From Octopus sinensis (lineage: Eukaryota): a stretch of 64,000 nt of DNA. The stretch covers positions 26,598,001 to 26,662,000 of the forward strand of contig NC_043000.1 in NCBI RefSeq assembly GCF_006345805.1, given 5' to 3'. The number at the start of each line of letters is the position of its first letter. Position 1 is the first letter of the stretch. A program made the position numbers and the translations under genes. Positions 39,970-50,931 of the stretch are shown here, one piece after another. The notes under the pieces were generated by a model. That model was given only the letters and a program-made list of their open reading frames with translations. It ran no database searches and was not told the DNA's origin.

Positions 39970-41000
39970 TTCCTTTTATTTGCCACAGGGCGTCGAATGA
40001 GTGGGACATTGCAAGGTCAGGTTAAAATGTTTAGGTTTACATAAAAAAACGTTAAAAGGAGAAAAAGAGAAATGAAATAAAAAGTATAAATAATATACGA
40101 AATATGTCAATTTATGGATGATGCTGTCCTCCTGACCTAAACGAGGACTTTCAACAAGGACTTAACAAGGAACCCACGAGCTGTCATCCAAGTCTTGTTT
40201 TCCAATCTACAGGCGCATGCTCACAGTACTTCCATTTCCCTTAACCATTTTCGCTGCAGTCAGCTACCTTTTGAGAAACTCATTGGAGAGGTGCATTTCT
40301 CTCTTCATTCACCTTTACTTTCCTTCACGACAGAAACTTGAAAGAAGGTGATGAGAGCTTAATTCTTTCAGCCTCGTCCAAAACACAATTTCTTTAACCA
40401 AAGCCATCAGAGAAAGAAACATTGCCTGCCAAGTCTTGTTAAAGGATGTTGGTAGTGGCAATAGGGTGATCTTCCCGAAGGACTTGACCAATACCCGGGT
40501 TCATCTCACACGAAACTACGGCTATTTGGCTTAACTTTGCAAGTCTTCATTATTTGGACACTGCCCGACGTGAGTGCGCGCAGTCTAGTTTCATCTTTCT
40601 GTGCGCATCTCAGACAGAATTGCCTGTAGGGTTTAGCTCGAATCTGTTGCACCGCTCAGTAGCAATGCCAGGTCAAGGATACTAGAAGGTTTCCCTAATA
40701 GTCCCAGAACTGAAAGTCATCCCTAACAGACCAGCCAGTTCCCCCTCGCTACTTTTTTGAGCTTCCCCGAGAACCTCACCAGTCTAACTCATCACTAGTT
40801 CCCTAATTTTTGCAAAAGTGGAAATTCCATCGGTTGTCTTGTTTGAATGGTAGACAGCAATAAGCACTTAACAATACATCAGATGCCAACTGCTCATTGC
40901 AATACTGACCAGTGAGAACGCTAGAGCCATTTTAGACATTTGGGTCTTTCAATGGTGGGTGCCCACAGCTAGCCACATGTTCGTTCAAGAATTGGAAGTT
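39970..41000 (-). mobile_element. Heavily decayed L1/Tx1-type LINE 3' portion
   Basis: Minus strand near 40555-40675 reads WHCY*..CLRCAQKDET..QCP, similar to the zinc-finger of the 47655-48002 ORF; many stops and frameshifts. Confidence 0.5.
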
Positions 41001-41778
41001 TCTTATACAGGGATAACTGAATAAATCGTTAACTGATCACTTTTACCAATATCAGAGACGTTGAGTGTTCATCAGAGCATATGGTTAGCTAAGAATACTC
41101 GCCGTTGAAACGGTTTTAAAAAATAAGGTTCTGGTGCACTCGCTGGCAGCTGTTGGAACGATATTTATATTTTTTATAACGGAGGATGTCCATAAGTTAT
41201 GTCATCGTAGGATAAAAACTAATTAACTAGCCTATCGACAGTGTGCATACATTGAATATGATACATAGCTATTTCATATTATATGTTGTTGACGACCACA
41301 GTGCAGCAGGATATACCAGGTTGTCATGGAGTTTATTACAACATCACGATATCAGTTTAAATTCTAGTAGATATTCATTATCTGTAACTCCTTCCTTTCC
41401 CATTAATTATAATCTTTTTATCACCAAATGTCACTTTTTAGATATTGAAGATCGCATCTTCTGATTCGCTTTTAATACAATGCTATTTTTATTTTCCTGG
41501 TTTCTCTCTTTCTTGCAATTCTTAAGCATTTATGGAAGAAGTTGAGTTGGCGCTAGAAACCAATAAGAAACAAAATGTATGAACTCAGCTCATAAGTCGC
41601 TTCACTTTCATATCATATCTTATGGCAATGGAGTGGGCAGATCTGTTTCTGAAATATAAGATTAATCACTGCTTTAAACACCTCGGACAAAATTTTTCTG
41701 AGGAATAATGCATACGAATAAAAATATTCGACAATGAAGGGCTTCCTGAAAGGGTTCCTTTATAATGTAGTACTTTAG

Positions 41779-41910
41779 TTGTTGTATTTAGGAATGGTCA
41801 TTTTGCCAGTTTAGCCAATAAAAACACACGCACAAAATTGGCTAAACTGGCGAAATGACCATTCCTAAATACAACAATATATGTTTCAACACACGATTTC
41901 GCATCAAGAA
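41779..41910. repeat. Near-perfect hairpin (38 bp arms), Penelope-type inverted terminus
   Basis: ttgtatttaggaatggtcattttgccagtttagccaat / attggctaaactggcgaaatgaccattcctaaatacaa; right extension caacaatatatgtttcaacacacga matches the end of the 46532-46840 hairpin. Confidence 0.8.
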
Positions 41911-42019
41911 TCTTGCAAAAGAAATATATAAACGTAGTACTTTAGGTTCCCTTATAATGTGGCACTTTAACAAAGATATCTTGTATGCGTTTTCAGTACG
42001 CTTGAAACCAATATATATA

Positions 42020-42236
42020 CTCTTTACTGTTTTACTTGTTGCAGTCATGCGACGGTGACCATGCTGGAGCACCGCCTTTAGTCGAGCAAATAGACCCCAG
42101 GACTTATTCATCGTAAGCCTAGTACTTATTCTATCGGTCTCTGTTGCCGAACCGCTAAGTTACGGGGATGTAAACACACCAGCATCGGTTATCAAGCGAT
42201 GTTGGGGGAACAAACACAGACACATGAACATATACA

Positions 42237-42325
<89 letters not shown>

Positions 42326-42722
42326 TAAAAGACTCCGCCGGTTACGACGACGAGGTCCCAGCTGATACGATCAACGGAACAGCTTGCTCGTGAAATTAAC
42401 GCGCAAATGGCTGAGCATTCCACAGACACGTGTACCCTTAACGTAGTTCTCGGGGATAATCAGCGTGACACAGAGAGTGACAAGGCTGACCCTTTGAAAT
42501 ACAAGTACAACTCATTTTTGCCAGCTGAGTGGACTGGAGCAACGTGAAATAAAGTGTCTTGCTCAAGGACACAACGCGTCGCCGGGAATCGAACTCACAA
42601 CCTTACGATCATGAGCCGAATGCCCTAACCACTAAGCCACGCGCCCTCACATATATATACATACATACATATATACGACGGACCTCTTCCAGTTTCCGTC
42701 TACCAAATCCACTCATAAGGCT
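42020..42722 (-). mobile_element. SINE A (5'-truncated) containing a nested SINE C
   Basis: Tail and body at 42020-42230, internal microsatellite, resumes at 42675-42722. Confidence 0.85.
42325..42648 (-). mobile_element. Full-length SINE family C (tRNA-derived, CORE/V-like block)
   Basis: Minus strand: gggcgcgTGGCTTAGTGGttagggcattcggctcatgatcgtaaggttgtgaGTTCGATTCccgg (A and B boxes) then gtgtccttgagcaagacac. Confidence 0.85.
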
Positions 42723-42985
42723 TGTGTGTATGTATGTATTTATATGTGCAGATTTGTATGTTTTGCTTTATGTATGTATTCTCATGCATATAGTTGCATA
42801 TCTAGACATGCTCATATATATTTAAATGTTAAACTTCTGGAAAGTTTTACAGATTTTTACAGTTCCAGTGATGGATTAGATCTGTAGTCTTCGAATTAGC
42901 TTTCTTCTTTCTGGTTTTGAAAAGCCCAATTTCTCGAGAATGGTATTCAGGCAGTGCGTTACATATCCCATGGTCCCAATTTTAC
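42723..42985 (-). mobile_element. Second copy of the CATA-associated RLE retrotransposon 3' end
   Basis: Reverse complement aligns with 21110-21330 (agctaattcgaagactacagatc..catcactggaactgtaaaaatctgtaaa..atgtctagatatgcaa..gaatacatacata). Confidence 0.85.
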
Positions 42986-43229
42986 ATTTGAGATATTGAC
43001 AGAATGGAGTTTAAATTCCATTCTGTCAACACCTCAAATGTAAAATTGTTCCCTGGAAGACGGAGGCTGTTATTATCCGGTGATGGAATCGAGTTATAAT
43101 CATTATTTTGGATCACCAAATTCTCAGAAACAGCTGTTGAGCTCGTAAAACTCTCACTCAACCCCTTTAATGCCTGATATCTTTTATATTCTGTGAAAAT
43201 CGGACTTTTTTTATATGCATACATATGTA

Positions 43230-44487
43230 TTGGGTCATCCCATAATTAATGCGGTTATTTTCAATTTCATGAACAAAAAGTCGGAGGGGGTGACAGGATA
43301 AACTACCTGCATCAACTTATTATAAAAGCAGGTAGTAATTTCACCTTGTTCTTATTCTTTGTGCAAGTTCTGAAGAGTGTAGTTCGATTTTAAAAGTTAT
43401 TTTCTTCAATGGAAGTGACAAAGGAGCATATTCGGTATATTTTGCTTTATGAGATCAACAATAAAAGTAACAATGCAACGGGAAGTGCGAGAAATATTAA
43501 TGCAGTATATGGGGATATAACAAACGTAAGCCAGTATCAACGGTGGTTCCAGAAATTCCGTGCCGGCAACTACAGCCTAGAAGACGAGGCTTCTGGAAGA
43601 TGTATAGAGCTCGATGAGGACGTCCTGCAAACCCTGATGGAACAAAATCCCATCATAACTGTTGAGGAACTTGCGAAGAAGCTTGGATTTGGTCATTCAA
43701 CCATTCATCGACATTTGCGTGCCTTAGGAAAAGTCAGCAAATTGGATCAATGAGGTCCTCACAATCTTTCCCAGTCTAATAGCGGGTAGAGAGTGAACGT
43801 GTACTCTTCTTTCCTGCCACATCTCACGAATGAACTCTTTTTGGACCGAACAGTGACTGGTGACGAGAAATGGGTTCTCTATAAAAATACCAAGCGACGA
43901 AGACAGTCGGTAGGGAAAGGAGAAACACCAGCACCCCAGGCTAAAAAAGGTTTTTCACCCACGTAAGGTGTTGCTATCTGTTTGGTGGGGTATGAAAGGT
44001 TTAGTCCACTTTCAACTTTTAAACCCAAACCAAATGATAACAAAGGAGATCTGCTACAAGCAGCTTGAGCGGCTTAAGACAGCGCAAGAAGAAATATGAC
44101 CAACTTTGGTTTCAAGATGAAAGGTGTTCTTCCAACAGGATAATGCTCGGCCACATACAGCGAGGATGACATTCCAAAGGCTGGAGCAGTTTGAATGGGA
44201 AACGATGCCCCATCTGATTATAATTTATTCCGCAGTCTTCAAAATCATTTGGACGGAAAAATATGAATTCTGTAGACGAGGTCAGAACATTACTGGAGGA
44301 GTCTTTTTTGTCACAGACAAGTGAATTTTGGAAGAGGGTCCTTGTAAGTCTACCAGATGGATGGAAGGGCGTTGTAGAAAACGTAGAAGACGATATATAT
44401 ATATATTTAAAACAGAACTTTGTTTAATTTAATTTTGTAAAAATACAAGAAGTATAAAAAAGGGGCATTATTTATGCGATGACCCAA
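43230..44487 (+). mobile_element. Full-length decayed mariner DNA transposon (1258 bp)
   Basis: TIRs TTGGGTCATCCCATAATTAATGC / TTGGGTCATCGCATAAATAATGC (21/23 identical), TA target duplication at 43228-29 and 44488-89. Confidence 0.95.
43409..44395 (+). pseudogene. mariner (D,D34D-type) transposase pseudogene
   Basis: MEVTKEHIRYILLYE..WFQKFRAGNYSLEDE (HTH), VTGDEKWVLY, QQDNARPHTA, SDY; broken by stops, frameshifts and loss of HPPYSPDLA. Confidence 0.95.
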
Positions 44488-44504
44488 TACAATTTTTATC
44501 AATG

Positions 44505-44727
44505 TATTCTTTTATTCTTTTATTCGTTCCAGTCATTTGACTGCAGCCTGCTGGAGCACCGCCTTTTAGTCGAGCAAATCGACCCCAGGACTCATTCATT
44601 GTAAGCCTTGTACTTATTCTATCGGTTTCTCTTGCCGAACCGCTAAGTAACGGGGACGTAAACATACCAGCATCGGTTGTCAAGCGATGTTGGGGGGACA
44701 AACACAGACACACAAACATGTACACAA

Positions 44728-44759
<32 letters not shown>

Positions 44760-44913
44760 GCCAGGTTTCTTTGAGTTTCTGTCTACCAAATCCACTCACA
44801 AGGCTTTGGTCGACCCGAGGCTATAGTAGAAGACACTCGCGCAAGGTATCACGCAGTGGGACTTAACTCGGAACAACGATGTTCGTAAGGAAGCTACTTA
44901 CCACACAACCACT
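44505..44913 (-). mobile_element. SINE A copy
   Basis: Reverse complement of the 53390-53835 element. Confidence 0.9.
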
Positions 44914-45313
44914 CAAGAAAGAAAATAAACACTTTTAGGTCACTTGACCATTTAACACCTTACTACTATCATACTACCTACATTCATTCTTATTCTCCCT
45001 TCTTCTTCTTCTTCTTCTTCTTCTTCTTCTTCTTCTTCTTCTTCTTCTTCTTCTTCTTCTTCTTCTTCTCTACCAAGAATTCACAACGACCTCGAACCCA
45101 CAAGAGTAAACAAGAGAGACACAAACAGGCAGAAACAAGGAAAATGCCACTAGTATTTCAACACTATGCAAATATTTAATAAAAAAAAAACCTTTTCTTT
45201 TAATTTTTCAAATGTTTAATTGTTTTCCACACTTACAATTGAAAAAGTGTCAATGACTGAAACCGGTACTGAAATGGTTTTTATAAAATTATTTTAGCAT
45301 TTTCTACCTTGAC

Positions 45314-45350
<37 letters not shown>

Positions 45351-45643
45351 AACACATATATATAAAAGTAACGTTTGACACCATTTCAATATGGCCGTTA
45401 CTGCGAAATGTTCTCTTGGGTTAAAAAATGGCAGTAATGTCTGTTCACACGGAACAGACATGTTGAAGTGACGACAAACATTACTGGCAAGTAGAGTTAC
45501 TGATTTCATCCCTTACACAGAAATTGTAACTAGCTGCTTTCCTTTGTATATATACATATAATAATAAAGGGTAAAACTCATTAATTATTTTACCAGGGTG
45601 TCAGCTCGAAATAAAAACCTTATAGATAATTTTTAAAATATTT

Positions 45644-46258
45644 TAATAATTATATACGTAGTTATAACGAGGGATTGGCTATAAGCCTCTCCACGCGCTG
45701 GTAAAATAGACGCCAAAAGACGCTGTTACCACCTTAAAGTCTCCGAGAATAGCAAAAGAAAGATAATGAATTGAACTTTTGGTTAACTGTGTACAAGATC
45801 CTGTTTCAAGCTTAAAGGGAAAAAAAATTATTTACTGCTCCCATCAGCAACAATATTCCAAAACTACATTAACTGGAGAGTATATCGTAAGTCATTACAG
45901 GTGGTTGTAAAAGAGATTTGAATTCTACTTTACTGTATATTTCTACGAGAGTGTACATATATTGACTGTTCGATGACGCTGCAGGTATGCGTATGTGTGG
46001 ATACTCGTAAATTTATACTATGGAATATCGTTGCTGATGAGAGCAGTAACAATTTTTTTTCTTACTTTAGTTTGAAACAGGATCTTGTACACGGTTTACC
46101 AAAAGTTGAATTCATTATCTTTCTTTTACTCGCCTACAACCCAGTGTGTTATTCTCGGAGATTTTAAGGTGGTAATAATGTCTTTTGGCGTCTATTTTTT
46201 CAGCGCGTGGAGAATGTATAGCAAATCCCTTGTTATAGTTATGTATATAATTCTTAAT
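45644..46258. repeat. Inverted repeat (~220 bp arms, 160 bp spacer) with hammerhead-like core; Penelope-type
   Basis: 45644-45860 is the reverse complement of 46021-46258; right arm has CTGATGA (46034-40)..agtaa/ttact..GAAAC (46074-78). Confidence 0.8.
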
Positions 46259-46274
46259 ATATATATATATAGTT

Positions 46275-46460
46275 AATCCAAACAAGAAAACACAGAAAAA
46301 AGAGAAAAAAAACACAGCAACGCGAGGACGTGGAACAATTAAAGTATTATTGACGCTCAGGAAAGAAGGGAAGGAGGGTTTAACGTTTCGAGCGGAGCTC
46401 TTCGTCGGAAACAAGGAAAAGGAAAGATCCCAAGAAGGGAAGACACAGGAAAAAATATTT
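46275..46460 (-). mobile_element. Penelope-like pseudo-LTR fragment with hammerhead-like motif
   Basis: Minus strand: tt-CCGACGA-a-GAGC-tcc-GCTC-GAAAC-gtta..ttcctgagcgtcaataatac. Confidence 0.6.
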
Positions 46461-46531
46461 TTGCTGGTGGTGCTCAAGAGATCACATGTTGAGATCACAC
46501 ACATATATATATATATATTATATATATATAT

Positions 46532-46821
46532 ACTGTTGTGTGTGGGGAGAGTTATTTCCTTTTTGTGTCTTATAATTTAACACACCGGTAAAATTTCCAC
46601 TTATTCCTTATTTTTATTTTCCTAAAATTTTCGCTGCGTCTTGCTTTTCAATAGTCTTGACTCTGTCTGTTCTGTCTGTTCAGAGTCAAGACTATTGAAA
46701 AGGTTGCAAGACGCAACGAAATTTTAGGAACATAAAAATAAGGAATAAGTGGAAATTTTACCGGTGAGTGTGTTAAATTATAAGGCACAAAAAGAAAATG
46801 ACTCTCCCCAGACACAACAGA
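46532..46821. repeat. ~290 bp foldback hairpin
   Basis: Arms 46532-46666 and 46681-46821 are near-perfect reverse complements; 14 nt loop containing (tctgt) repeats. Confidence 0.9.
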
Positions 46822-47105
46822 ATATGCTTCAACACACGAACTCCAAAAACGATATATATATATATATATATAATGTAGGATAAAATTTTTCGAAAAAAGT
46901 TTTTATCAATGGCCATCATATTAAAAAATACCTTTAAAGGTTACATTATAAACAACTTATAAATAAGGGCAAACGAAAAAAATTTTCTAATGCCAAATAT
47001 GCCGAAAAATTGGACATATTCTCCATTTACCATATAATTTTTTTCCCAGTACGCACGCTACTCGAAAAAAGGTCGACAGAAATCTCTAAAAAATTCCATT
47101 ATTAC

Positions 47106-47165
47106 CATATCTGACTGATTTCAGGGTTAGTTCAAAAAGAACCCTCCCTTCGTCAGTGATACATG
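47106..47165 (-). ncRNA. Minimal type I hammerhead ribozyme motif (left arm)
   Basis: Minus strand: tatca-CTGACGA-aggg-AGGGTT..AACCCT-GAAA-tca-GTC-agatat. Confidence 0.6.
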
Positions 47166-47289
47166 TGGCAAAGAAGTAAATGAGATACTTACTCATACCC
47201 ATGGAAGAAGCAAACATTAAGTCATGAGCACAACTAAGTACCCCAAATAAATCCAAAATAGAAATACTCCAGCCCATTCAAGACACGTG

Positions 47290-48103
47290 GGAGATTTTTT
47301 CTTTATTCACCATAAAGGTTATACATAGAAAGAAAACGGAACTATCACGAATGATTTGACATTAAACATGCGTATGGGGTCTGTTAAAAATTTATACATG
47401 GTTATAGTTTACGGATGATAAGACACTGTACAGGACAATTTCACAGATGGAGTGGAGTGGGATTACGGACCTCACGAGCCCCGCCACGACACTGACCTTG
47501 TTTTTTTTTTTCCCTTTTTTCTTTTAGGCTTATCTCGCATTCATGAGGGTCCTTTTTTTCACGACATTCTTCCATCTTTCATCAAACACTTTCTTACTCA
47601 GGCACCTCCTCTCTAGCTCTATTTGTCTTTTTAGATGTAATCTAAAATATACCACTAGGACCAGAGATGAAGTTGCCTGTTGTTACCCCTTTCATCCTTG
47701 TCTTCCATACTACCTGTTTCGCAGTTGAAACCAGAGAGAAAACAATTCTTACCTTCTTTCGTTAAGAAATCCGGCGGGGCGATTTTTACAATGGATTCAG
47801 TCGATAGCTGTACTCCTCCTCCACTTGACAACAGTTGTTCGGCAAAAACCCGCATGTCCGACACCTCCGAACACTGCAAGATCGCGTGCGAGACGGTTTC
47901 CCTGTCTCGCCCACACCTCGGACAGGTCGGGCTGTCTTGGCCTCCGTGCCTTGAGAGTTTATCCCGAACAGGTAAGGCTCCTCGGTAACACTGCCATGCC
48001 AAGGACTTCTGATGATGTACGTTGGAACAGTCTGGCCAGCTGATTATCGTCGAAACCTAGGGTCTCCCCTAATGTATCATCGCAACCGGCCTCTACAAAC
48101 CCT
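47290..48103 (-). mobile_element. L1/Tx1-clade LINE 3' end
   Basis: ORF 47655-48002 AWQCYRGALPVRDKL..CPRCGRDRETVSHAILQC is a zf-RVT CCHC finger; continues with frameshift through a WK-like C-terminal region, 3' UTR and A-rich end. Confidence 0.85.
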
Positions 48104-48625
48104 ACACTCATAGAGTGGGAGAGTCCGGAAGTGAACACTATTAAATTTACATCTAATGTAGGATAACATTTTTTTCGAAAAAATTTTATCCTACATTAGA
48201 TATAAATTAACCACCATCACCGATACTAATTTCTCCTCTGGTATTATAATGGCAATGCTTCTAACATATCAGTTTCCGTTCGAGGCATGTAGCTTCCGTT
48301 GTTCGACTCTAGTAAATAAACACTGCGGGAAAAAAATAGCCTCGTGTTCAAATAGAAGTAAAGTGTTCGATATTGAAATGTTGTAAATCAAATATTCAAC
48401 ATATTCAACAAATTCGAAAAAAATTTATCCTACATTAGATATAAATTTAATAGTGTTCCCTTCCGGACTCTCCCACTCTGTGAGTGCTTCAGTTCAAATC
48501 GCACGTGTCTTGAATGGGCTGGAGTATTTCTATTTTGGATTTATTTGGGGTACTTAGTTGTGCTCATGACTTAGTGTTTGCTTCTTCCATGGGTATGAGT
48601 AAGTATCTCATTTACTTCTTTGCCA

Positions 48626-48686
48626 CATGTATCACTGACGAAGGGAGGGTTCTTTTTGAACTAACCCTGAAATCGGTCCGATATGG
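48626..48686 (+). ncRNA. Minimal type I hammerhead ribozyme motif (right arm)
   Basis: CTGACGA 48635-41, stem II AGGGTT 48646-51 / AACCCT 48663-68, GAAA 48669-72, GTC triplet 48676-78, helix I tatc/gata. Confidence 0.65.
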
Positions 48687-48844
48687 TAATAATGGAATTT
48701 TTTAGAGATTTCTGTCGACCTTTTTTCGAGTAGCGTGCGTACTGGGAAAAAAATTATATGGTAAATGGAGAATATGTCCAATTTTTCGGTATATTTAGCA
48801 TTAGAAAAATTTTTCATTTGCCCTTTTATATAAGTTGTTATATA

Positions 48845-48948
<104 letters not shown>

Positions 48949-49096
48949 ATATACATACATACACATACATATATGCACACACGTACACGTGTATATATGA
49001 TTTTGTATACATACTCACGCACACAAAGGGACTTTGATCCCATTCACATATATATATATATTTCTGTGTATTTGTGTGTATATATATATATATATA

Positions 49097-49333
49097 TCTA
49101 CTATATATTTATGAAAATGGCGGACATTATTTCACAAGCAGTTGTGCTGGCAAAAGTGTTAGTAAATGTGATCGGATTGACCTGAAAATTTGCATACCTA
49201 TGTTAAAAGTACTGGGGAGTTTGCATGGCAACTTTGAGTTCGCTCAATTGAAAGGTATGGCTCCGAGGGTAAAATTCCTCATCTGTAAAATGTGATCAGA
49301 GTAGACTCGCATGAAATCGGGTTATAATACTAG
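49097..49333 (+). mobile_element. Non-autonomous Helitron (237 bp), copy 1
   Basis: A|TCTACTATATAT..actcgcatgaaatcgggt (degenerate hairpin) tataataCTAG|T. Confidence 0.7.
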
Positions 49334-49371
49334 TGTATATATATAATATATATAATATATATATATATATA

Positions 49372-49403
<32 letters not shown>

Positions 49404-50042
49404 CGTAATTAATAAAATGTGTCTTTTTAGGAGAAAAACGAATTGGCTGTCACTAGTAAAGTGCTGGACTTGGGGTATTGTCCAGAATGTTAAACAAGAT
49501 GTTTAAGGATTTAACAGGGCCGAGAGAGCAGTTATATAGTGTAAGAAAGAATGGAATGTTTATATCTAGAATATTAACAATAAAAGATATATTAGTTATA
49601 CATTGTTATTTAATCATTAATATAGTATTACAATTCTATATACTAATATATCTTTTATTGTGATTATTCCAGATATAACCATTCCATTTTCCCTTATACT
49701 TTAATGTATATATTTATACACACACACACACTCACAGACACAGATACAGACACACACATACACAAGCACACACACACACACCACACATATATATATATAC
49801 CTCTTTATTCATCGTTTCAATCTATTTCTCTATGTGTGTCTGTTTGAGCCAGAGCGTTTATACGTGTATATGCGCGCATGTGTGTGTGGTGTGTATATGT
49901 GTGTTTGTATATATATATATATCTATATATATATATATGTGTGTGTGTGTATACATACATACACATACATATATGCACACACGTACACGTGTATAAATGA
50001 TTTTGTATACATACTCACGCACACAAAGAGACTTTGATCCCA

Positions 50043-50101
<59 letters not shown>

Positions 50102-50148
50102 TATATATATTTCTGTGTATTTGTGTGTATATATATATATTATATATA

Positions 50149-50385
50149 TCTACTATATATTTGTGAAAATGGCGGACATTGTCTCACAAGCAGTTGTGCT
50201 GGCAAAAGTGTTAGTAAATGTGATCGGATTGGTCTGAAAATTTGGATACCTATGTTAAAAGTACTGGGGAGGTTGCATGGCAGCTTTGAGTTCGCTCAAA
50301 TGAAAGGTATGGCCCCGAGGGCAAAATTCCTCATCTGTAAAATGTGATCAGAGTAGACTCGCATGAAATCGGATTATAATACTAG
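50149..50385 (+). mobile_element. Non-autonomous Helitron (237 bp), copy 2 (passively duplicated)
   Basis: Same termini and length as 49097-49333, within the tandem duplication. Confidence 0.7.
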
Positions 50386-50782
50386 TATATATATATATAT
50401 ATATACGTAATTAATAAAATGTGTCTTTTTAGGAGAAAAAGGAATTGGCTGTCACTAGTAAAGTGCTGGACTTGGGGTATTGTCCAGAATGTTAAACAAG
50501 ATGTTTAAGGATTTAACAGGGCCGAGAGAGCAGTTATATAGTGTAAGAAAGAATGGAATGGTTATATCTAGAATATTAACAATAAAAGATATATTAGTAT
50601 ACATTGTTATTTAATCATTAATATAGTATTACAATTCTATATACTAATATATCTTTTATTGTGATTATTCCAGATATAACCATTCCCTTCTCCCTTATAC
50701 TTTAATGTATATATTTATACACACACACACACACTCATAGACACAGATACAGACACACACATACACACGCACACACACACAC

Positions 50783-50825
<43 letters not shown>

Positions 50826-50896
50826 CCTCTTTATTCATCGTTTCAATCTATTTCTCTATGTGTGTCTGTTTGAGCCAGAGCGTTTATACGTGTATA

Positions 50897-50931
<35 letters not shown>

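Larger units (their letters stand above)
46871..48838. mobile_element. Large inverted-repeat Penelope/retrozyme-like element, interrupted by Tx1 and by captured DNA
   Basis: Left arm 46950-47289 + 48104-48180 is the reverse complement of right arm 48413-48838. The twin 63 aa ORFs 47086-47277(-) and 48514-48705(+) reflect this. Each arm carries a hammerhead motif. Confidence 0.85.

Noticed and set aside
42575-42648. tRNA-like sequence with A and B boxes
   Set aside because: Continues directly into a SINE body and lacks a proper acceptor stem and terminator; it is the SINE C head.
46692-46722. ctattga..gttgc-aagac-gcaac-gaaa as a hammerhead
   Set aside because: Non-canonical core, and no convincing helix III, cleavage triplet or helix I after GAAA.
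47086-48705. Twin 63 aa ORFs (MGWSISILDLFG...) on opposite strands
   Set aside because: Simply the two arms of an inverted repeat; no recognisable protein.
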